Under the pieces are notes generated by a model, which was not told where the DNA came from, did no database searches, and worked only from the letters and a program-made list of their open reading frames with translations. This document shows, one piece after another, positions 38,059 to 48,320 of a stretch of 64,000 bases of DNA (positions are counted from its first letter, which is position 1; every line of letters starts with the position of its first letter). The stretch is from Alphaproteobacteria bacterium (GTDB lineage Bacteria > Pseudomonadota > Alphaproteobacteria > Bin95), in contig OZ224045.1 in assembly GCA_963665325.3 (NCBI GenBank), positions 1,248,001-1,312,000 of the forward strand, given 5' to 3'. The position numbers and the translations under genes were made by a program.

Positions 38059-38815
38059 GGCGCCCCGCATCCTGCTCGAACACCACCTGAAGAAGCTCAA
38101 GCTGCCGACCGTCCTGCGGGAATACGAGAAGCTGGCCCGCCAGTGCGCGGCCGAGGGGCTGGATCATGTGCAGTTCCTCGCCCGGCTGGTGGAGATGGAG
38201 ACGATCGACCGCGAGCGCCGCCTGGTCGAGCGCCGCATCCGGCAGGCCAGGTTCCCGGTCGTCAAGCAGCTCGAGAGCTTCGACTTCAAGGCCATCCCCA
38301 GCCTCAACAAGATGCTGGTGCTCGACCTCGCGCGCGGCGATTACATCGAGCGGCGCGAGAACGCGATCCTGCTCGGCCCGAGCGGTGTGGGGAAGACGCA
38401 CATCGCTCTGGCCCTCGGCCTCGCCGCCTGCCAGAAGGGCCTCGCCGTGCGCTTCACCACCGCCTCCCAGCTGGTCCACGAGATGATCGAGGCGCGCGAC
38501 GAGAAGAGGCTGCTCCGCCTCCAGGACCAGCTCGCCAGGGTCAGTCTGCTGATCGTCGACGAACTCGGATACGTGCCCCTCTCGCAGAGCGGAAGCGAGC
38601 TGCTGTTCGACATCTTCAGCCGCCGCTACGAAAACGGCGCCACAATCGTCACCTCGAACCTGCCCTTCCAGGAATGGACCTCGGTCTTCGCCAGCGAGCG
38701 GCTCACCGGCGCGCTGCTCGACCGCATCACCCACCATGTCCACATCCTGGAGATGAACGGCGAAAGCTACAGGCTCAAGCAAAGCCGGTCGCGACGACGG
38801 CCCCCCTCCGAATAA
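38051..38815 (+). CDS. istB: IS21 helper ATPase IstB
   Basis: GPSGVGKTH, LIVDELGY, TSNLPF.EW, LLDRITHH, GESYR. Confidence 0.95.
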   Translation: MAEAPRILLEHHLKKLKLPTVLREYEKLARQCAAEGLDHVQFLARLVEMETIDRERRLVERRIRQARFPVVKQLESFDFKAIPSLNKMLVLDLARGDYIERRENAILLGPSGVGKTHIALALGLAACQKGLAVRFTTASQLVHEMIEARDEKRLLRLQDQLARVSLLIVDELGYVPLSQSGSELLFDIFSRRYENGATIVTSNLPFQEWTSVFASERLTGALLDRITHHVHILEMNGESYRLKQSRSRRRPPSE

Positions 38816-39077
38816 CCCGCTTGCTCCCATAGACCACAGGTCCCTCCCACGCGCGGGTCGACGCCAGCCACATGGAGGGCGCGCCGCCCCGCGCGCGGGG
38901 CCCTCCCATGGACTATGGGGACAAGCTACCGCCAAGCCCGTGGTACATCTTTACGCCGCCCCTTTACGCCGCCCCGCCGGTACATTTTTGCTCCGCCGTT
39001 GACAGTTTCTGCACCGCGATTGCGCTACGACATTTTCGCCATTATATTTCTGACATACAAGAGTGCCAAATCGAGCC

Positions 39078-39674
39078 ATGCGCGGCCTTCCGAAACAAAT
39101 CATGGAGCATGCGTCGGCCCTGCCCGAAGCTGCACCGATCTGCCCTGGCACCCTCCTTCACCTGGGCAGGCGGGCGGCAGTGGACCAGGCGCTTGCGCGC
39201 CTCGCACGCGCCGGGCACCTCATGCGCATTTGCCAGGGGGTGTACATGCGTCCCGTCGAGACTCGTTTTGGACGATGCGCGCCCAGCATCGGCAAGGCAA
39301 TCGAGAGGCTCTCGGCCCTGTGGGGCGAGACCATTGTCCCCTGTGGCGGCTCTGCAGCGAACCGCCTGGGGCTGACCGCCCAGAATCCGGTACGGGAGGT
39401 TTACCTGACGTCCGGGCCGAACCGTCGTCTGACGTTTGGCAACACCACCGTTGAACTGCGTCATGCGCCCCGCTGGCAACTGCTGGCGCCACACCGCAAG
39501 GCCGGCGACGTCATTCGGGCCCTCGCCTGGCTCGGCCCGCAGGAGACCGACGACAGTCTGGATGCGGCTCTTCCCGGGCTTTCCCCGGAAGACATGACCG
39601 AACTGGCAGATGCCAGAGCGGTCCTGCCGGCATGGATGGCCGAGCCGGTCAGCGCCCGTCTCGTTCATGGCTGA
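39078..39674 (+). CDS. AbiEi-type antitoxin (DUF6088-like)
   Basis: wHTH AVDQALARL..G.LMRI.QGVY; AANRLGLT.QNP..VYLTSG; overlaps toxin start. Confidence 0.85.
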   Translation: MRGLPKQIMEHASALPEAAPICPGTLLHLGRRAAVDQALARLARAGHLMRICQGVYMRPVETRFGRCAPSIGKAIERLSALWGETIVPCGGSAANRLGLTAQNPVREVYLTSGPNRRLTFGNTTVELRHAPRWQLLAPHRKAGDVIRALAWLGPQETDDSLDAALPGLSPEDMTELADARAVLPAWMAEPVSARLVHG

Positions 39675-40707
39675 GATGCGGTTTCAGTTCCTGCCGGCCG
39701 AGGATCGTCGCGACGCCCTGAGGGTCGCTCAGGAGAAGGGCCCGTATCGCGCTTTCCTGCTGGAAAAGGATGTCTGGGTGGTGGCGACGCTGCACGCCCT
39801 CTTCGACGCTCATTTCGGCAGGGACCTCGTGTTCAAGGGCGGGACGTCGCTCTCGAAGGCTTACGGCGCCATCCGGAGGTTTTCCGAAGATGTCGACATC
39901 ACATACGATATCCGCGCTTTCGCCCCGGATCTGGTTGCCGGTGCGGGCGAGGAGGCCCTGCCGCCGACACGCAGCCAGGAACGGCGCTGGACACGGGCGA
40001 TCCGGGCGCGCCTGGCGGAATGGGTGCGGGAAGAAGCCCGGCCGATCGTCGAGCAGAGCCTCGCGGAAGCGGGCTTCGCAGCTCGGGTCCGCGCCGAAGC
40101 GGAGGAACTCTACGTCTCCTACGATCCCCTGTTCGAGGATTACGCCTTCGTCCGTCCGGAAGTGAAGGTCGAGTTCGGCGCACGCTCGACCGGCGAGCCC
40201 AGAGCAGTCCGGAGCGTCTCTTGCGATGCGGCCGGCTTGCTGCCAGAGCTTCAGTTTCCGGAGGCCGGTCCGTCGGTCATGCTGGCGGAGAGAACCTTCT
40301 GGGAAAAGGCCACCGCCGTCCATGTCTATTGCCGCCGGGAGCGTCGGCGCGGCGCGCGCCTGTCGCGGCACTGGCACGATCTGGCGAGACTGGATGACGC
40401 CGGCGTGGCGGACCGGGCACTGGCCGACCGCGCCCTTGCGTTGTCGGTCGCGCGTCACAAGGCGGTGTTCTTTGCGGAGAAGGACGCCGCGGGCGACTGG
40501 ATCGACTACAAGGCAGCCGTTTCAGGCGGACTGCAACTGGTCCCGACAGGATCGGCGCTCGAAGTGCTGGCCGACGACTACGCCAGGATGGTCGCCGACG
40601 GCATGCTGCTCGGCACGGACGAATCCTTCGAACGCCTGATCGCGCAGTGTGCCGGCATCGCGGCGAGAGCAAACAAGCCCGGAGACGACAACGGAGGCGT
40701 CTCCTGA
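39667..40707 (+). CDS. AbiEii/AbiGii nucleotidyltransferase toxin (type IV TA)
   Basis: EKDVWV, FKGGTSLSKAY, RRFSEDVD, ERTFWEK, SRHWHD. Confidence 0.92.
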   Translation: MAEMRFQFLPAEDRRDALRVAQEKGPYRAFLLEKDVWVVATLHALFDAHFGRDLVFKGGTSLSKAYGAIRRFSEDVDITYDIRAFAPDLVAGAGEEALPPTRSQERRWTRAIRARLAEWVREEARPIVEQSLAEAGFAARVRAEAEELYVSYDPLFEDYAFVRPEVKVEFGARSTGEPRAVRSVSCDAAGLLPELQFPEAGPSVMLAERTFWEKATAVHVYCRRERRRGARLSRHWHDLARLDDAGVADRALADRALALSVARHKAVFFAEKDAAGDWIDYKAAVSGGLQLVPTGSALEVLADDYARMVADGMLLGTDESFERLIAQCAGIAARANKPGDDNGGVS

Positions 40708-42771
40708 ACCGGAACCGCCAGCCTGTCGGTTGTCGGACATGATCCGAACCCGCCGATCGTCGTGATCCGGGGCCCTCTTCCCGGTTCGTTGGCAGGCTTT
40801 CGTCACCCATCGGCTTCCGAGATCGGTTCCGGATGGACAAGCTGATGAGAGATCGCAGTCAGTCGTTCGGCGCGGGCGGATCGGCCAATGCCCCGAGGTC
40901 TCCCGCCTCGTCGATCAAGCAGACTTTCATCCAGGCCCGAGAGTGGCTATGGCCACCGGATGGTGGCCATAGGGTGTAAAAGTACCGCGCCGACGAGGCC
41001 TACGGTCAACCATTGCCCCTTGAATGCGCCACTGCACGCTCGGCGACTTGCGAGCGGTCCTCGCCGAGTTCGGGGAAGTGACAGATCGCGACGTGATCGT
41101 CACCGGTGTCAATCGGCGGGGGTCGATGTCGCACGCACACGGCTGGCAGCCGTTCACCCTGACTCTCCACGGTTTCGACGTCCGGGTTGTTGTTAAGCGT
41201 GGAAGATTGACCCCCTGTTGGGGGTTATCGGCGTCCAAAATTGACCCCCCATGGATTGTGTCCATGAACACGCCCTGTCGTTGGACGGACGGGGTGGGGG
41301 AGATGCTGGTTGTGGAGACGATAGCGCGGATCCGTCGGGATCATCTGGTGAAGGGCGTTCCGATCAAGAAGCTGGCGCGGGATTTGAGGGTTTCGAAGAA
41401 CACGATACGCAAGGTGGTTCGGGGCGATACGACCTCGCACAGCTATGAGCGCAAGATCCAGCCGATGCCGAAGCTTGGGCCTTGGGTGGCAGAGCTTGAG
41501 CGCCAGCTGGAGGCCAACGAGAAGAAGAAGCGCCGGGATCGCCTGTCCCTGCTGCAGATCCATGAGGACCTTGGCGAGCTGGGCTACAAGGGCGGCTATG
41601 ACGCGGTCCGGCGCTACGCCAGGGCGTGGCGGCGCCGACGCCGTCTGTTATCGCCGTCGCAGGCCTATGTGCCGCTGATCTTCGATCCGGGCGAGGCCTA
41701 CCAGTTCGACTGGAGCCACGAGTATGCGCGTCTGGCGGGAGCGACGACCAAGGTGAAGGCGGCGCACATGCGGCTGTGCCACAGCCGCATGTATCTGGTG
41801 CAGATCTTTCCCCGCGAGAGCCAGGAGATGGTCTTTGAGGCGCACGAGCGTGCCTTCCGCTTCTTCGGCGGGGTCTGCCGACGGGGCATCTACGACAACA
41901 TGAAGACGGCGGTGAACACGATCTTCGTCGGCAAGGAGCGTGCCTACAACCGCCGCTTCCAGGAGATGTGCTCGCACCATCTGGTGGAGCCAGTGGCGTG
42001 CACGCCAGGGGCGGGCTGGGAGAAGGGGCAGGTTGAGAAGCAGGTGGGAGACCTTCGCGGGCGTCTGTTCGCGCGCAGCCCGCGGGGCCGCTCCTACACC
42101 GAGATCAACGAGTGGCTGATGGATCGGTGCATCGAGGAGGCCAGGAAGCAGCCGCATCCGACGATCGAGGGCAAGACGGTGTGGCAGGTATTCGAGGAGG
42201 AGCGGCCCTTCCTGATGGCATACCGCGGTCCCTTCGACGGCTTCCATGCCAGCGAGGTGTCAGTCTCGAAGACCTGCCTGGTGCGCTTCGACAACAACCA
42301 GTACAGCGTCTCTGCCCGCGCGGTGGGACGGCCGGTGGACGTGCGGGCCTATGCCGAGCGGATCGTCATCCGCCAGGACGGCGAGATCGTCGCCGAGCAT
42401 CCCCGGAGCTTCGGGCGCGGTCGGTTCGTCTACGATCCGTGGCATTACGTGCCGATCCTGACGAGGAAGCCCGGCGCACTGAGGAACGGCGCACCCTTCA
42501 AGGACTGGCAGTTGCCCAACGCGCTGGGCCGCCTGCGAACCCGGCTCGCCGGCCACGACGACGGCGACCGGCAGTTCGTCAAGATCCTCGCGGCGGTGCT
42601 GGAGGACGGGCTGGAGGCGGTCGATGAGCGGGCGCAGGCTTTCAGCGGCGATCAGGGGCTGATCGGCTCGGATTAATCGAGGTTTTGGATTGGGTGCCCC
42701 CCGGCGATCTTGCAAGAAGGCCGCCGGAGGGCTTGTCTCGGTGACAGTGACATCAACCTGAGACGGCCCCA

Positions 42772-43386
42772 ATGTCGCACAAGCTGTTCCGGCACTCCAA
42801 TCTCTCCAACGCCCGGGTTTGGGATTTTCTGAAGCAGGTCGACGCGGCCGAGGCGGAGGCGTGCCGGGCGGCGGGTTGCCCGCGCTGCGGCGGCGCGCTT
42901 CACAGCGCGAGCTACCCGCGCAAGCCGCACGGTCTGGCGGCGAATCTTCGGAACGACGTTCGGCGCTTCAGCCTGTGCTGTTCGGTGTGCCGACGCCGCG
43001 TGAAGCCGCCGTCGGTGCGTTTCTTCGGCAGGCGCTTTTACGTCGGGGCGCTGTTCCTTGTGGTGAGTGCGCTGGCTGTGGCCGGCGGCGCGCGGTTGCA
43101 GACGATCGCGCGGCGGTGCGGGGTTCCGGCCTCGACGCTGAAGCGCTGGCGGCGCTGGTGGCTGGAAGCCTTCCCGCTGACCCGGGAGTGGCAGGCGAGA
43201 CGGGGCGAGCTGGCGGCGCCGCCCGAAGAGGCGCCGCTGCGCCGGCTGCTGCGCATCATGCGGGGCCGTGGCTTCCGCTCGCGGCTGCTGCGGAGCCTGG
43301 TCTGGCTGATGCCGTGGACCGGCTTTTGCGCGCTCGGCGCAGGTCCGGCTTCGCCCGCAGAAAGCGTTTCTATGATGCACGGATAG
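42772..43386 (+). CDS. Zn-ribbon + HTH protein (DUF6431-like)
   Basis: CPRCGG...CCSVCRR; HTH-like TIARRCGVPASTLKRWRRWW. Confidence 0.75.
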   Translation: MSHKLFRHSNLSNARVWDFLKQVDAAEAEACRAAGCPRCGGALHSASYPRKPHGLAANLRNDVRRFSLCCSVCRRRVKPPSVRFFGRRFYVGALFLVVSALAVAGGARLQTIARRCGVPASTLKRWRRWWLEAFPLTREWQARRGELAAPPEEAPLRRLLRIMRGRGFRSRLLRSLVWLMPWTGFCALGAGPASPAESVSMMHG

Positions 43387-43434
43387 GGCACCGCATCATC
43401 GGCACCTCCACGAAGCAGCGAGGGGGATGCCGGA

Positions 43435-44910
43435 ATGAACAGCAACGACGGGAGCGAGCGTCGCGACCGGTGGGCGCGGTTGCGCTTCGCGGTGGTCGGG
43501 CCGCTTCTGGCCTCGCCGCCGCCGGCGGGGCGGCTGCACGCCGAGCTTGAGCGGCTTGCCGAACGCGAGTGGGATCACCCGTCCGGCAAGGGCCGGGTGC
43601 GCTTCGCGGTGTCCACGATCGAGCGCTGGTACTACCAGGCGCGGGCGGCGGACAACGATCCGGTGGGGGCGCTCAAGCGGCGCCCGCGCGCCGATGCCGG
43701 GCGCCCGCGCGCGATGTCGCCGACGCTGATCGAGGCGCTGCACGAGCAGTACCGGGCGCATCCGTCGTGGTCGGCGCAGCTTCATCACGAGAATCTGGCC
43801 GCGCGGGTCGAGGCCGATCCCGAGCTCGGCCCGATACCGTCCTACGCGACGCTGACCCGGGCGATGCGGGCTCGCGGGCTGGTACGCAAGCGCCGGCGCA
43901 AGTGGCATGAGAGCGAGGCCAGGCCGGCGGTCGAAGCCCGCGAGGTATTGAGCTACGAGGTCTCGCGCTCTCACGCCCTGTGGCACGCCGACATGCACAG
44001 CGCCAAGCGTCGCGTGCTGACCGCCTCGGGCGAGTGGAAGACGCCGATCCTGCTCGGCTTCCTCGACGACCACTCGCGCCTCGGCTGCCACCTTCAGTGG
44101 TACCTCGCCGAGACCGCCGAGGTGTTCGTCCACGGCCTTTGCCAGGCCTTCATGAAGCGCGGTCTGCCGAGGTCCCTGCTGACCGACAACGGCGCGGCGA
44201 TGACCGCGGGCGAGGTCGAGGAGGGGTTGCACCGGCTCGGCATCGCGGGGGTCACGACGCTCGCTTACAGCCCCCATCAGAACGGCAAGATCGAGTCGTT
44301 CTGGGGCACGGTCGAATCGCGCCTGATGGCTCAGCTCGAAGGCGTCGACGCGCTTACCTTGAAGATGCTCAACGACGCCACCATCGCCTGGCTGGAGCAG
44401 GACTATCACCGCCGCAAGCACCGCGAGCTCGGCATGACGCCGCATCAACGCCTGGCCGGGAGCGTCGACGCGTCGAGATCCTGCCCCGGCTCGGCCGAGC
44501 TCAAGGCGGCCTTCCGCATCACCAGGAAGCGCACGCTCAGGCGCTCGGACGGCACCGTCTCGGTCGAGGGCATCCGCTACCAGGTGCCACAGCCGTGGCG
44601 CCACCTGCGCGAGGCCTGGATCCGTTACGCGCGCTGGAACCTCGCCAGCGTCGATCTGATCGACGGTCGAGGCGGCGAGCGCCTGTGCACGCTGTACCCC
44701 CTCGACAAGCGCGGCAACGCCGATGGCGTGCGCCGTCCCGCCGGCCCCGGCGGCAACGATGGCAATGGCGGCGCGGGGACGGGGGAACTTCCGCCGCTGC
44801 TCAAGGGCATGCTCGACGCCCAGGCCGCAACCGGCCTGCCGCCGGCCTGGCTGCCCCATGACAAGACGCCCGGTCCGGGCGAGGACGAAGATCGGGGAGA
44901 TGCGCCATGA
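43435..44910 (+). CDS. DDE (rve-type) transposase with Mu-transposase-like C-terminus
   Basis: WHADMH, LDDHSR, TDNGAA, NGKIESFW; DGTVSVEGIRYQVP. Confidence 0.9.
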   Translation: MNSNDGSERRDRWARLRFAVVGPLLASPPPAGRLHAELERLAEREWDHPSGKGRVRFAVSTIERWYYQARAADNDPVGALKRRPRADAGRPRAMSPTLIEALHEQYRAHPSWSAQLHHENLAARVEADPELGPIPSYATLTRAMRARGLVRKRRRKWHESEARPAVEAREVLSYEVSRSHALWHADMHSAKRRVLTASGEWKTPILLGFLDDHSRLGCHLQWYLAETAEVFVHGLCQAFMKRGLPRSLLTDNGAAMTAGEVEEGLHRLGIAGVTTLAYSPHQNGKIESFWGTVESRLMAQLEGVDALTLKMLNDATIAWLEQDYHRRKHRELGMTPHQRLAGSVDASRSCPGSAELKAAFRITRKRTLRRSDGTVSVEGIRYQVPQPWRHLREAWIRYARWNLASVDLIDGRGGERLCTLYPLDKRGNADGVRRPAGPGGNDGNGGAGTGELPPLLKGMLDAQAATGLPPAWLPHDKTPGPGEDEDRGDAP

Positions 44911-45740
44911 ACCGGGAACTGCTCACCTTCTACGGGCTCAAGTGGAACCCCTTCGCCACCGACCTGCCGGTCGACAGTCTCATGGCGACGCCTGCCGTCG
45001 ACAGCTTCTGCCTCAGGATCGAGCGCCACCTGGTGCGCCAGGGCGGCTTCGCCTTGATCGCCGGCGAGCCCGGCGCCGGAAAGAGTGTGGCGTTGCGCCT
45101 GCTCGCCGACCGTCTCGGCCGCTGCGAGGGGCTCAGCATCGCCGCCATCACCCATCCCTCCTCCCGGCTGTCCGACTTCTACCGCGAGATCGGCGAGATG
45201 TTCGGCGTCGACCTGATGTACAACAACCGCTGGGCCAGCTTCAAAAGCCTGCGCGAGCGCTGGCTCGCCCATGTCGACGATACCCGCATGCGCCCCGTCG
45301 TGCTCGTCGACGAGGCCCAGGAGCTGCTGCCCTCGGTGTTCTCCGAGATCCGCCTGCTGGCTTCGACCGACTTCGACTCGCGCGCCATCCTCTCGGTCGT
45401 CCTCGCCGGCGACACGCGCCTGCTCGACAAGCTCCGCCAGCCCGATCTGCAGCCCATCGCCTCGCGCATCCGCCAGCGCCTGGTCATGACCAAGGCCGAG
45501 GCCGGCGACCTCGCGGCCCTGCTCGACCATCTGATCGAGCAGGCCGGCAATCCCGGCCTCATGACCGCGGGCCTCAAGGACACCCTGGTCGCCCATGCCG
45601 ACGGCAACCCGCGGGCGCTCACCGTCATGGCCGACGCCCTGCTCGCCGCCGCCGCCGAGAAGGAGCGCGAGGTCCTCGACGAGAAGCTCTTCATCGAGAC
45701 CCTGGGCGAACCCGCCAAGCCGAGGAGGGCGCGGCGGTGA
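44907..45740 (+). CDS. ExeA-like AAA+ ATPase (transposition helper)
   Basis: YGLKWNPF, GEPGAGKS, VLVDEAQ, GNPR; ATGA overlap with transposase. Confidence 0.9.
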   Translation: MNRELLTFYGLKWNPFATDLPVDSLMATPAVDSFCLRIERHLVRQGGFALIAGEPGAGKSVALRLLADRLGRCEGLSIAAITHPSSRLSDFYREIGEMFGVDLMYNNRWASFKSLRERWLAHVDDTRMRPVVLVDEAQELLPSVFSEIRLLASTDFDSRAILSVVLAGDTRLLDKLRQPDLQPIASRIRQRLVMTKAEAGDLAALLDHLIEQAGNPGLMTAGLKDTLVAHADGNPRALTVMADALLAAAAEKEREVLDEKLFIETLGEPAKPRRARR

Positions 45741-46735
45741 AGGGCTTCCCGACACGGGCGCCGGCGGAGCTCGAAGAGCGCCCCCAGGCGCGCCGCTGGA
45801 TGGTCGAGGCGTTGTGGTCCGAGCAGGGCGTCGGCATCGTCGGCGGCGAGCCCAAGTGCGGCAAATCCTTCCTCGCACTCGACATCGCCGTCGCGGTCGC
45901 CGCCGGCGTCCCCTGCCTGCGCCACTTCCGTCCCGCCGCAAGCGGCCCCGTGCTGCTGTTCGCCGCCGAGGACGCCGGCCATATCGTGCGCGCACGCCTC
46001 CAGGGCATCGCAAAGGCGGCAGGCACCGCGTTCGAGACCCTCGACATCGCCGTCATCGACGTGCCCACGCTGCGTCTCGACCATCGCGCCGATCGCCAGC
46101 GCCTGGTCGAGACGGTGGAGCGCGTCTCACCCCGCCTCGTCGTCCTCGACCCCCTCGTGCGCCTGCACGGCGTCGACGAAAATACCGTCGCCGAGGTCGC
46201 CCCCATGCTGGGCTTCCTGCGCGACATACAGCGCCGCTTCGAAACCGCCGTCCTCCTCGTCCATCACGCACGAAAGAGCGGCGGCTCCCGGCCCGGGCAG
46301 GCGCTGCGCGGCAGCAGCGAACTTCACGCCTGGGGCGATTCGAATCTGTACCTGCGCCGGCGAGACCGCCAGATCCTCATGACCGTCGAGCATCGCGACG
46401 CCCCTGGCCTCGAAGACCTCGAGATCGAACTCGCCGACGACGACGAGCGCCCCGCCCTGCGGTTGCGCGAGACGCCGGAAGACCAGGCGCCGGAGCCGGA
46501 TACCCCCGAACGGCGCATCCTGCAGGCCCTCGCCGACGCCGACGCGCCGCTCTCCCAGCGCCGGATCCGCGAGCGCGCGGCAACCCGGCCCGCAACCGTC
46601 GCCGAGGCGCTGCACAGGCTCGTCCGCGAAGGACGCGTCGAGCGCGCATCCGAAGGCGGATACCGCCTCGCCGCCCTCAACGGCAACGACCGCAGGGACA
46701 CGTTACCGAAAACCGTTACCGCCTCGAACCCCTAG
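45737..46735 (+). CDS. AAA_25 / RepA-type helicase-like ATPase with C-terminal winged helix
   Basis: GTGA overlap; GGEPKCGKS, LFAAED, VVLDPL, LLVHHARK, LRGSS; tail ERRILQAL...LSQRRIRE...VAEALHRLVREGRV. Confidence 0.85.
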   Translation: MKGFPTRAPAELEERPQARRWMVEALWSEQGVGIVGGEPKCGKSFLALDIAVAVAAGVPCLRHFRPAASGPVLLFAAEDAGHIVRARLQGIAKAAGTAFETLDIAVIDVPTLRLDHRADRQRLVETVERVSPRLVVLDPLVRLHGVDENTVAEVAPMLGFLRDIQRRFETAVLLVHHARKSGGSRPGQALRGSSELHAWGDSNLYLRRRDRQILMTVEHRDAPGLEDLEIELADDDERPALRLRETPEDQAPEPDTPERRILQALADADAPLSQRRIRERAATRPATVAEALHRLVREGRVERASEGGYRLAALNGNDRRDTLPKTVTASNP

Positions 46736-46762
46736 GGAGAGAGGGTAACGGTAACGGGTAAC
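46701..46762. repeat. Convergent iteron-like GTTACC/GGTAAC repeats around CCCTAGGG
   Basis: CGTTACCG at 46701 and 46714; GGTAAC at 46744, 46750, 46757. Confidence 0.8.
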
Positions 46763-47191
46763 ACCGCTCCCATTGTCACACTGCGTAAAGCGGCCGGCCC
46801 GTGGCCGGAAGCTTGCTTACGGCCATGGATGCACTCCGTCGGAGGGACGGCGGCGGGTCACCCGAAGGGCCGGAGCGCAGCGCAGGAGCCGCGAAGCGGC
46901 TTGACGCGCCGACGGCCGTCCGACACCCCCGCCGTCACGCCCGGCCCGACGCCTGAAAACCATCGAACAACGTGACCATCCCGCCATCAGATACCGAGAG
47001 CACACTCATCGAGGCGGCCTGCGCCGAGGCGCTCGCCTGCGGCGCCTGCAGCGCCGACGTCGTGCTCAACATCCTCGCCCGGCAGCGCCAGCCGGCACCG
47101 CCGGCAATCATCCCGACGCCCGAGGGCCTGAAGCTCCGCCACCAGCCGGTGGCCGACTGTCAGCGCTACGACAGCCTGAGGGAGGCCGGTC

Positions 47192-47920
47192 ATGGAGCGT
47201 CATGATGTGCTGGAGATGATGACCCAGCTGAAGCTCGCAGGCATGCGAGCCGCCTATGACGACATCCTCGCCGACGGGCTCAAGCGCCGTCATCCGGTGC
47301 AGCAGATCATCGGTACGCTGCTGCAGGTCGAGATCGCCGACAAGAGGGCACGCTCGATCAAGTACCAGATGGCGTCCGCCAAGCTGCCCACGGCCAAGGA
47401 ACTGGCCGACTTCGACTTCGCCGGCTCGCCGGTCAACGAGCCCCTGATCCAGGAGCTCGCCGGCGGCGGCTTCCTCGAGGGCCAGCGCAACATCGTCCTG
47501 GTCGGCGGCACCGGCACCGGCAAGACCCATCTCGCCGTCGCCGTCGCGCGCTCCTGCATCCGCAAGGGCGCCCGTGGCCGCTGCTACAACGTCGTCGACC
47601 TGGTGAACCACCTCGAGGCCGAACTCCGTGCCGGGCGCCAGGGCCGCACCGCAGACCAGCTCGTCCGACGCGACTTCGTCATCCTCGACGAACTCGGCTA
47701 CCTGCCCTTCGCCCAAGCCGGCGGACAGCTCCTCTTCCACCTCATGAGCCGGCTCTACGAGCGAACCTCGATCGTCATCACCACCAACCTCGCCTTCGGC
47801 GAGTGGCCGTCCGTCTTCGGCGATCCCAAGATGACCACGGCGTTGCTCGATCGTCTCACCCACCATTGCGAGATCATCGAGACCGGCAACGAGAGCTGGC
47901 GCTTCAAGAACCGCTCCTGA
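47192..47920 (+). CDS. istB: IS21 helper ATPase IstB (element B)
   Basis: [33 protein letters not shown]. Confidence 0.95.
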   Translation: MERHDVLEMMTQLKLAGMRAAYDDILADGLKRRHPVQQIIGTLLQVEIADKRARSIKYQMASAKLPTAKELADFDFAGSPVNEPLIQELAGGGFLEGQRNIVLVGGTGTGKTHLAVAVARSCIRKGARGRCYNVVDLVNHLEAELRAGRQGRTADQLVRRDFVILDELGYLPFAQAGGQLLFHLMSRLYERTSIVITTNLAFGEWPSVFGDPKMTTALLDRLTHHCEIIETGNESWRFKNRS

Positions 47921-48253
47921 CCCGCCGCCGGCCTCCCCTGCGGCCCGGTTGCCCCGGTGGGTCAACAGGGACCCCCCACGCGGCTTCGCTCCGCGTAGCG
48001 TGAGACGCTACACGAAGCCGCGCGGGTCCCCCCTATTGACTACCGGGACAACCTCCACCGTGCCTCTCAGGGGGTCAATTTTGCACGCCGATAGGGGGTC
48101 ATTATTGAAAGCCGATTGACACCTCTCCGGCCACGGCGCGCGGGTTGGGCGCTGAAGAGGTGCGACCGGGTCAGTGCCGCCGCCGCCGTACATGGCAGGT
48201 AGCGTTTGAAGATCGCCACCAACCGCCACCCGCGCGATCCGCTTCATGTACAT

Positions 48254-48320
48254 GCAAGACTCGCTTCTGGCTAGCGGGCTGCTCCTTTGCCGGCCGGGAG
48301 TCGAACCCGCTGGACCGCGA
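48254..48320 (-). other. Possible group II intron 5'-region remnant
   Basis: GCAAGACTCGCTTCTGGCT...TTTGCCGGCCGGGAGTCGAACCCGCTGG resembles the antisense of a conserved group II intron domain I segment; cut at the IS256 end. Confidence 0.35.

Larger units (their letters stand above)
36446..39004 (+). mobile_element. IS21-family element A, copy 1 (2559 bp)
   Basis: Ends TGTTAACGGCGG...CCGCCGTTGACA with subterminal repeats; istA/istB; no flanking TSD. Confidence 0.93.
42625..47008 (+). mobile_element. Four-gene TG...CA transposon (Zn-finger/HTH, DDE transposase, ExeA-like ATPase, RepA-like helicase), 4384 bp
   Basis: TCGA duplicated at 42621-42624 and 47009-47012; weak TIRs TGAGCGGGCGCAGGCTTTC / TGAGTGTGCTCTCGGTATC (12/19); removal restores istA. 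Confidence 0.88.
41303..47205 (+). pseudogene. istA: IstA of element B, interrupted at 42624/47013
   Basis: 41303-42624 (...LEDGLEAV) + 47013-47205 (..ACAEALAC...GHGAS) join to 1515 bp in frame (504 aa). Confidence 0.92.
41191..48121 (+). mobile_element. IS21-family element B with a nested insertion in istA
   Basis: Left TGTTAAGCG...TGACCCCC x2; right GGGGTCA x2...GATTGACA; istA (split) + istB; no TSD. Confidence 0.88.

Noticed and set aside
41024-41302. 93-codon in-frame extension of IstA-B
   Set aside because: Crosses the IS left end at 41191; a chance fusion with flanking DNA, no family recognised
44723-45736. N-terminal 338 aa of the 670-aa ORF
   Set aside because: Overlaps the ExeA-like gene in another frame; the helicase more plausibly starts at GTG 45737
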